A stretch of DNA of 20,371 nt from Candidatus Thorarchaeota archaeon (GTDB lineage Archaea > Asgardarchaeota > Thorarchaeia > Thorarchaeales > Thorarchaeaceae). Below, one piece after another: positions 8,416 through 14,617 of this stretch (the stretch's first letter is position 1; each line of letters opens with the position of its first letter). The stretch lies in the NCBI GenBank assembly GCA_048884785.1, contig JBHLQM010000014.1, forward strand, positions 35,736 through 56,106. Reading direction: 5' to 3'. The position numbers were made by a program, and so were the translations under genes. The notes beneath the pieces were generated by a model. The model ran no database searches. It saw only the letters and a program-made list of their open reading frames with translations, and was not told where the DNA came from.

Positions 8416-8937
8416 GTGCCAGAGATAGAACCCGCTGACAAGATAGTCCCTAGAATACTGGAGCAGTATTCCGAGTCACCTCGAGGTTGGAGAATAATGA
8501 GTACCCCTCTAGGTGAGATGCTCGTTGTGGGACCTAGCTCTGCATTTCAACTGAAACTCATTCCTCTGAATCCACGTGAGTATACTGGTGCCGGTGCCGA
8601 ACTCTCTGATTCAAATACAACAATCGAATCACTACGTTCTTCCCCGGAGTTTGGTCTGCGCCCTCTTCATCTGACTGATATTGAGAACCTTGTAGAGGCA
8701 ATGTCAGATCCTGTTCTATCACAAAAACATCTTGCGTCAATTATACGCCGGGATCCGATTTTACCTGCTGATATTCAGAAACAGAAGGTTGATCATCTAC
8801 TTACTGGACCTGTTCTCACTAGACCCAACCTAAGTAGTCTAAGTCCTGATATTATGAGCCTACAACGTTCACTTGAGAAGTCTGCACATCGTGTGTTCAG
8901 AGATCGATATCCAATGCGAGCTGGAATGTATTTCTGA
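8416..8937 (+). CDS. Hypothetical protein, likely a conserved archaeal uncharacterised family
   Basis: 173-aa soluble ORF, GTG start; no function recognised. Confidence 0.75.
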   Translation: MPEIEPADKIVPRILEQYSESPRGWRIMSTPLGEMLVVGPSSAFQLKLIPLNPREYTGAGAELSDSNTTIESLRSSPEFGLRPLHLTDIENLVEAMSDPVLSQKHLASIIRRDPILPADIQKQKVDHLLTGPVLTRPNLSSLSPDIMSLQRSLEKSAHRVFRDRYPMRAGMYF

Positions 8938-9060
8938 GATCTGATTGTTGTTCTGTGGATCTAACAACTGGCATCAGACTCCTACTTATGGTTCAGTTTG
9001 CTACGATTCAAAGATTTAATTGCTCATCCCAGTAGCCACTCTTTAGCAACTCTAATGTAG

Positions 9061-9528
9061 GTGGACACGATTTCGCCCATTCAAGGTAACACACTCAAGA
9101 TAACGCTCCTAATGCTAATCGGGATGTTTTTTCTTCCCTTTGGGTTTGTGATATCAAATGGTCTTGGTGCTAGCTATTTGTTTATCAGATGGATTGCATG
9201 GACTTATCAGCAATCGTTCTCCTATGCAGGCTTTCAATTGGTGCCGCTTGATGAAATCCTTTCTCTCTCACCTTACTGGGTTCTTAGATTCCTGTTTGTT
9301 TACTGGACAATGAGATTCTATCAGTCAAAGAGCACAATCAAACAAAGTGCCATCGTGGGTGTAATTAGTGAATTGCCAGCACTAGTTCTATCATTACCAT
9401 CCCTTCGATACTTAGGTTCGCCAGTTGAAATTCTCTACACAATGATACTCCCCTTTCCAGCGTTCTTAATGTATGGTATTCTGATCATGATTCTTATTCC
9501 GCGGGCAATCCCCAGTAAACCGTGGTAA
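9061..9528 (+). CDS. Hypothetical membrane protein
   Basis: 155 aa with about 4 hydrophobic segments. Confidence 0.7.
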   Translation: MDTISPIQGNTLKITLLMLIGMFFLPFGFVISNGLGASYLFIRWIAWTYQQSFSYAGFQLVPLDEILSLSPYWVLRFLFVYWTMRFYQSKSTIKQSAIVGVISELPALVLSLPSLRYLGSPVEILYTMILPFPAFLMYGILIMILIPRAIPSKPW

Positions 9529-9541
9529 ACTCGGAGTCCTT

Positions 9542-9573
9542 TTTGGAAGTTGCTGGATTCAGTGGTTTCCAAA
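9542..9573 (+). terminator. Long G-U-rich hairpin between convergent genes
   Basis: TTTGGAAGTTGCTG-GATT-CAGTGGTTTCCAAA: 14 pairs, 4 of them G-U on the plus strand. Confidence 0.4.
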
Positions 9574-9658
9574 CTGAAAAATGAAGTGAACTTTCCCCCT
9601 CTTCAGTATCAATCAAAACTGAGTGTCGCTGATGATTCTTTCAGTAAGAATAGAAGCA

Positions 9659-10534
9659 TCAAGAGGTGCGATCTACAGATTGTAAACCACGTTCTTTCCT
9701 GTGTAATAATAGAACGAGCAGGAGAAGTGCAATACCGTAAATCGTTGCAGCTTCAAATCCCTGCCAAGATATATCAAACAGTCCTGGCAAGAAATTCAGA
9801 ACTGCATGAAACGCACCTACTAGGTAGAGGGACCTGGTCTTGTCATACAGCAAACCTATGAATACGAACAGCAACATTCCGGTCAGAATGCTGATTGGAG
9901 TCAGGGTTTGTACCAATCCATGGAACAGTACAAAGACCAGTGCGACCCCTGTAACTCCAATAGCACGACCGTATTCATTGACAGCTCTCGTTTGTAGATA
10001 GCCACGAAAGAGTATCTCTTGCCAAAAGCTATTGGCAGTAAAAAATAGTATTGCAGCGGCGAAGGAGCTCGCAAGAGGCCATTGGTCAAAACTAGGTAGA
10101 AGGGGGAAGACAACTGTGCCAAGAAGTATTCCTATCGCAATGGCTCCGAGAAAGAATAAGCTTGCAAGAAGGACCCCTAATACCACAAAAGGAATTGTAT
10201 TGCGCTGGAGATTCAGACCGAGTTCCTCTAGATGAAAGTCCCTCTTCTCGATACGATTGACCAAGAAGAAAACGAGTAGGAATATCAGGAGCAAATCGAG
10301 TGAACCTGCTATAGCCTGACCTTCGGATGATTCAGACACGAAGAATTGCGCATCCTCAAATGCAAAATCAGGATTTGCGCCTTGGAGAATGAAAACTTGC
10401 TCGACAATAAATATTAGCAAGAGCCTACTGATGACGATTAGTAAGAGATTCAAGATAAGAGCCAAGATGATTTTCCAGATGAAACGGATATCCCCATTAT
10501 CTGTTATTAGCGTCATTTCAATACTAATAGACAC
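9659..10534 (-). CDS. CPBP (CAAX/Abi) family intramembrane protease
   Basis: WQEILFRGY (motif 1, normally EExxxR), FVLFH (FxxxH) and HAVLN (HxxxN); multiple TMs. Confidence 0.88.
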   Translation of the reverse strand: MSISIEMTLITDNGDIRFIWKIILALILNLLLIVISRLLLIFIVEQVFILQGANPDFAFEDAQFFVSESSEGQAIAGSLDLLLIFLLVFFLVNRIEKRDFHLEELGLNLQRNTIPFVVLGVLLASLFFLGAIAIGILLGTVVFPLLPSFDQWPLASSFAAAILFFTANSFWQEILFRGYLQTRAVNEYGRAIGVTGVALVFVLFHGLVQTLTPISILTGMLLFVFIGLLYDKTRSLYLVGAFHAVLNFLPGLFDISWQGFEAATIYGIALLLLVLLLHRKERGLQSVDRTS

Positions 10535-10618
10535 AAATCAAATAAAATAGCAAATCCCATTGGCGCAATTAGATTGTGGCACAGATTTAGAAATGGTGGC
10601 TAAATGAATACTGGATAG

Positions 10619-10696
10619 TGGTGGGCCGAGCCGGATTTGAACCAGCGACCACCGCACTGTCAATGCGGTATCATAGCCGGGCTAGACCATCGGCCC
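10619..10696 (-). tRNA. tRNA-Val(GAC), intronless, encoded CCA
   Basis: Minus: GGGCCGA...CCGCA-TTGACAG-TGCGG...GCTGG-TTCAAAT-CCGGC-TCGGCCC-A-CCA; TATA-like TTTTTAAT at 10724-10731. Confidence 0.96.
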
Positions 10697-10789
10697 TAGG
10701 TGAAGTGCTTCCCCCTCAATCCGATTAAAAACATTCCGACATTGCAAAGATGCAGAGGTGATTATTAGGTAGACTCAGTACGAAAAAGT

Positions 10790-11002
10790 ATGACGGCAGA
10801 CAAATGGCGATTCCTCGGAGGGAAAGTGTACAGACTACATGGAGAGTATCAACAAAGCATCGATGCAATACGACAGGCAAAGAAGCTCAGTATTGACAAT
10901 CATGTGCACATATCACGTACGAACGAAGGCTATTGGGTCGTATACTGGCGACCACGAGACGAACCTGTCAAGTGTTCCGCCTCTCATTATAGAGTTGCCT
11001 AG
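10790..11002 (+). CDS. Small hypothetical protein
   Basis: 70-aa ATG ORF divergent from tRNA-Val; beta-rich pattern (VYRL, YWVVYWR). Confidence 0.6.
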   Translation: MTADKWRFLGGKVYRLHGEYQQSIDAIRQAKKLSIDNHVHISRTNEGYWVVYWRPRDEPVKCSASHYRVA

Positions 11003-11041
11003 TTTTGTGGACCTTAATAGTATCCATATTCACTTCATTAT

Positions 11042-11347
11042 ATGGTGCTTGATTCAGCATCTATAGACTCACTTGAATTAAGAAGTCGAATAGAGCAAAT
11101 GGGACAATTCGTAACGGAAGATAACAGGCAGGTGTTTGAGTGGTTCTTGAGAATTATGCGCATCTCAGGGATTGTCAATGTCACCGGCTGGACTGAGGAG
11201 GCAGTGCGTATTCTGCTATCAGTATGTAGGGACCGCAAGTTTCTCCTTGGCTTGCGTGTCGGTAGTAAGTGTTTCACGCCAATACTATATCCAAATGGAC
11301 CTATGTTTAATGCTCTCGTTCATGCAATAGTGACAGGAACTATTTAG
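11042..11347 (+). CDS. Hypothetical protein
   Basis: 101-aa ORF filling the gap up to the convergent dut stop. Confidence 0.6.
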   Translation: MVLDSASIDSLELRSRIEQMGQFVTEDNRQVFEWFLRIMRISGIVNVTGWTEEAVRILLSVCRDRKFLLGLRVGSKCFTPILYPNGPMFNALVHAIVTGTI

Positions 11348-11352
11348 CAGGC

Positions 11353-11796
11353 TTACACTCCGGTACTACCGAATCCGCCTTCTCCACGATCCGAATCAAC
11401 TAGCTCGTCTACTTCTACGAAACTAACATCTGGTACAGGCCTAATCGCCAGCTGCGCGATTCTCATTCCTCGTTTGATATAGAAGCCATCTTGTCCCAGA
11501 TTTTGAAGGATGACCTTCACTTCCCCTCTGTATCCACTATCAATTGTGCCCGGTGCGTTCACAAGTGTTATTCCATGGCTGAGAGATAAACCACTTCGTG
11601 GACGCACTTGTCCTTCAAAGCCTCTCGGAATCTCCAACGCGATACCCGTTGAAACTGCATATCGAGCCTGGGACATTAGCAGATAGTCTTCTGCTGCAAA
11701 TAGGTCAAATGCAGCATCATCCTCCTTTGCCTTCTTTGGAAGGAATGCATCCCCTGAAATGCGCTTGACCTTAACAACTACCTTGTCGTCCGTCAT
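11353..11796 (-). CDS. dut: Trimeric dUTP diphosphatase
   Basis: All five motifs present: AFDL, RSGL, GTIDSGYRGE, RIAQL, RGEGGFGSTG. ATG at 11796 chosen; the ORF is open to 11817. Confidence 0.96.
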   Translation of the reverse strand: MTDDKVVVKVKRISGDAFLPKKAKEDDAAFDLFAAEDYLLMSQARYAVSTGIALEIPRGFEGQVRPRSGLSLSHGITLVNAPGTIDSGYRGEVKVILQNLGQDGFYIKRGMRIAQLAIRPVPDVSFVEVDELVDSDRGEGGFGSTGV

Positions 11797-11898
11797 TTGA
11801 CGTGGAATCCTCCTCACCCCATGATTTCATTTCCTTCAGATATAGAAGTTGTTCTAATAAATGTGAGAAAACCAATCATAGAGTTTCTAGTAGGAAAG

Positions 11899-11926
11899 TG
11901 GTGCCGCGGGTGTGATTTGAACACAC
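11899..11926 (-). repeat. tRNA 3'-end mimic, copy 1 (distal att-like site)
   Basis: Minus GTGTG-TTCAAAT-CACAC-CCGCGGC-A-CCA; trailer CTTTCCTACT differs from the other copies. Confidence 0.9.
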
Positions 11927-11957
11927 AGGGTCGTCTAGCATCAACTCACCGGTTTTC

Positions 11958-11982
11958 TGATATAGTCACTTTTACTATATCA
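11958..11982. repeat. Perfect 9-7-9 inverted repeat
   Basis: TGATATAGT-CACTTTT-ACTATATCA, between the 11991 stop codon and mimic copy 1. Confidence 0.75.
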
Positions 11983-11990
11983 AAGATAGT

Positions 11991-12695
11991 CTATTTTCTT
12001 CTAATCCATGTGACTAGTACGATTACCACGATAACTATTCCTAATGCTAAGCCAGTAGTTAAGATGGCCTGTAGACGGGGATTCATTGGCAACCTTGATA
12101 GCGTGGATCTGATGGTGCTATTGCTCCAGGACCATGAATAATCCACTAACTCAAGTAACACCCCATCAAGTTTGGAATATGTGAAGCGGGTACTTGATCC
12201 ATCGGATGTAGAGCGCGTACTAGTTGTATTGTATCCCCACTCATTAATGGTGTCAATGATTTGAAATGAATATGTATCATACTCAGAAACATTTCGTCTA
12301 TTGAAACTGGCCTCCAGTACCTTTGATAGTAAACTCCAGTTTCCAATCGGAACTGCGAGATGCAATCCGACCTGCCAATTTTCTTCATCCAGAGAACTAT
12401 CATTTGCCCAGTACACATCGAAACGTGAAAATGGAGTATAGCTGTCGTTCGTAAGTGGGTCCTCAATTGAAGGATGTTCAGGTCCAACAAGCAAGAAGTA
12501 GTTCTCGTTCTCTATTATCACCTCATCATTCTCAAAGTGCCGTCTATAGATGAAAGTGAACCCCTGCCCCTCTTCATATCCCCAATGAAGATTCTGACTA
12601 TGAGTGGCAGAAACTTCAGATGCAGATGATATTACGAAGAGGAATCCAATTACTGCAGCCCAATAGTATTTCCTAACCATCTGAAATGCCCACAC
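11991..12695 (-). CDS. Exported/surface protein with signal peptide and C-terminal membrane anchor
   Basis: Signal peptide ending VSA, many N-x-S/T sequons, C-terminal TM plus RRK. Start is GTG 12695 or ATG 12680; TATATA at 12721-12726. Confidence 0.85.
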   Translation of the reverse strand: MWAFQMVRKYYWAAVIGFLFVISSASEVSATHSQNLHWGYEEGQGFTFIYRRHFENDEVIIENENYFLLVGPEHPSIEDPLTNDSYTPFSRFDVYWANDSSLDEENWQVGLHLAVPIGNWSLLSKVLEASFNRRNVSEYDTYSFQIIDTINEWGYNTTSTRSTSDGSSTRFTYSKLDGVLLELVDYSWSWSNSTIRSTLSRLPMNPRLQAILTTGLALGIVIVVIVLVTWIRRK

Positions 12696-12885
12696 AACCA
12701 GAATTGCCTTTTCTTCTGGCTATATACCCTTCTGCTTTGCAGAATGAGAAAAGTGGTGCCGCGGGTGTGATTTGAACACACGATAACCAGTTCATCACGC
12801 GTCCATAGCCTCTGGCTCCGCAAGCAGTTTTGGCAAATACTGTTTTTGATAAATCAACTCCGTTTTTGTTCAATATGAGATTGAA
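12585..12885. repeat. ~300-bp direct repeat, copy A
   Basis: Manual alignment to 13909-14208 gives about 14 substitutions and 1 indel (~95%). Confidence 0.95.
12754..12825 (-). ncRNA. tRNA 3'-end mimic copy 2 (12754-12781), possibly within a 72-nt degenerate tRNA-like RNA
   Basis: Same 28-nt core. Upstream GCTTGCGG can pair with CCGCGGC (one bulge); no proper anticodon stem. The repeat is certain, RNA status is inferred. Confidence 0.5.
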
Positions 12886-12905
12886 TAGTACTTTGCGATG
12901 TTGCT

Positions 12906-13757
12906 TTAGCATCTACAAAATGTGTTGAGGATTCTCTTACCCTTAGGTGTCAAGACGATGCGAGCCCCCTCCAAGGCTTCTTGTTGCTCAATGACCCCTC
13001 TATCACACAACATGGTCACCATGATATTTCCAAAATCGTTTGGGAAGAGCGAGCTAAGCAGGTTGAATCGTGGACTTTCAGAGTACAACTTGGTGAGTTC
13101 ATCTACTGCAAGTGATTCAGAGTTGTATAGACGAACTAATGGAAGAAGCCTTGATCTAAACTTCCTTCTCATATTGGACCGTCCAAAGAAAGTCACTCCA
13201 TATTTCATGGCATCTCCAAATGATACTGCTCCTTCAGGAATGTCCTCACTTCCCTTTAAACTTAGAAATCTCACATGCGGGCAGCAGAAGGCTGATTCTT
13301 CTACGGTCTTAGGCATTGTTACTATAACATTTGGCACACTCTCGGATTGGAATTGATTGGGGTCAATCATGATTTGTATCGGAATACCAGTTGTCGAATC
13401 AACTGAATAGATTTCGACCTTAGCACCAAAGAGGTATGCTGCTCCCAATGAATCGATGGCGCACATAGCATATCCTCTTCCAAGACCTTCAACTGTTATT
13501 TCGATGTCTGTGGGAATCGGAGAGATTGGGTATGCTCGGACTACTTCACCTCGTTCATTGAAATGGAGTAGAGAGAAGAAAGATGAGATGATGTCGTAGT
13601 TGAATTCTTGAAACTTTTCGTTTAAAGAGTACTTAATCTCCTCAAAGGATAAGCCTAATAGAATCATCTTGAGAACTTCTATGTGCAGATCGATGAACTC
13701 TTCTATGATTCCATCTTTTAGCTTGATAGTATCCTTCATCTTGGTCAAACTCCACAT
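12906..13757 (-). CDS. MerB-like (alkylmercury lyase family) protein with C-terminal winged-helix-like extension
   Basis: AYPISPIPT, YAMCAIDSLG (compare MerB YAWCALDTL), TTGIPIQI and FCCPHVRF motifs; C-terminal LCDRGVIE...IVLTPKG. Confidence 0.78.
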   Translation of the reverse strand: MWSLTKMKDTIKLKDGIIEEFIDLHIEVLKMILLGLSFEEIKYSLNEKFQEFNYDIISSFFSLLHFNERGEVVRAYPISPIPTDIEITVEGLGRGYAMCAIDSLGAAYLFGAKVEIYSVDSTTGIPIQIMIDPNQFQSESVPNVIVTMPKTVEESAFCCPHVRFLSLKGSEDIPEGAVSFGDAMKYGVTFFGRSNMRRKFRSRLLPLVRLYNSESLAVDELTKLYSESPRFNLLSSLFPNDFGNIMVTMLCDRGVIEQQEALEGARIVLTPKGKRILNTFCRC

Positions 13758-13893
13758 ATCAGTAGCAAATTTTATGACTTTGATGAACTTATACTTTCAA
13801 CCGCCATATGTCGGGTCTATTCCCTAAGAAACTATTCTCTGAAGAATGGATAATTCTTCCCTCTTCTCAAGGGGCATCAAATGGGGTTTGAAT

Positions 13894-14019
13894 CTAGAAT
13901 ATCTCTAGATGAAGATTCTGGCTAAGAGCGGCAGAAACTTCAGATGCAGATGCTATTACGAAGAGGAGTCCAATTACTGCAGCCCAATAGTATTTCCTAA
14001 CCATCTGAAATGCCCACAC
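13894..14019 (-). pseudogene. Truncated duplicate of the 11991..12695 gene (signal peptide only)
   Basis: Encodes MVRKYYWAAVIGLLFVIASASEVSAALSQNLH-LEIF*; homology stops at 13909. Confidence 0.8.
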
Positions 14020-14208
14020 AACTAGAATTGCTTTTCTTCTGGCCATATATCCTTCTGCTTTGCAGAATGAGAAAAGTGGTGCCGCGGGTGTGATTTGAAC
14101 ACACGATAATCAGTTCATCACGGGTCCATGGCCCCTGGCTCCGCAAGCAGTTTTGGCAAATACAGTTTTTGATAAATCAACTCTGTTTTTGTTCAATATG
14201 AGATTGAA
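13909..14208. repeat. ~300-bp direct repeat, copy B
   Basis: About 95% identical to 12585-12885. Confidence 0.95.
14077..14148 (-). ncRNA. tRNA 3'-end mimic copy 3 (14077-14104), possibly within a 72-nt degenerate tRNA-like RNA
   Basis: Identical 28-nt core; 4 differences from copy 2 in the upstream 44 nt. Confidence 0.5.
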
Positions 14209-14617
14209 CAAAGATTCTTATTCAAGTTCCTGTGTTGCAATTAGCTCGAGGTAATTTCTCCTTCATCTTCATGCAGGTTGGATCAGGACAAGTTATTCTA
14301 AGTTTTACAGTGCTTGCATCAGTTTCCATTTTGGATTACTTCCTCAGAGCTAATTGAAAGACAATTGCATAATCACAATATTCGAGCAATATTAATTGAT
14401 TGTGATTGAGTAGGGGTTTCAGGATTGAAATAGAGAGCACGATTGGCAGTTTTTGCTACTTCGATGAAGATGCATTGGGAGTAAGAGAGAAAGAGAGAAT
14501 CAAGGAGATTTCAGGTGGTATCATATCGTTCAAAGTACATGAAATGAATATTCCAAGATATTACGAGATTTTGACTTCAGATAGAAGAAAAGAAATGATG
14601 TAGAGTCTGGGCGGGCT

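Noticed and set aside
11353-11796. dUTPase as a sign of a provirus
   Set aside because: It lies outside the distal repeat, and no capsid, terminase, polymerase or integrase genes are present.
11797-12141. 114-aa plus-strand ORF, and 79-aa ORF 12673..12912
   Set aside because: They run through the tRNA-mimic repeats and overlap real genes; likely spurious.
11899-14104. CRISPR array interpretation of the three 28-nt repeats
   Set aside because: Spacing is about 0.85 and 1.3 kb with genes between, the repeat is tRNA-derived, and there are no cas genes.
11899-14148. Split (trans-spliced) tRNA 3' halves
   Set aside because: A complete tRNA-Phe is present, the leaders differ between copy 1 and copies 2/3, and no complementary 5' half is in the window. 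Not fully excluded for a partner elsewhere.
14406-14603. 65-aa plus-strand ORF inside the island
   Set aside because: TTG start, short, opposite to all island genes and no recognisable motif; not supported as a CDS or integrase remnant.
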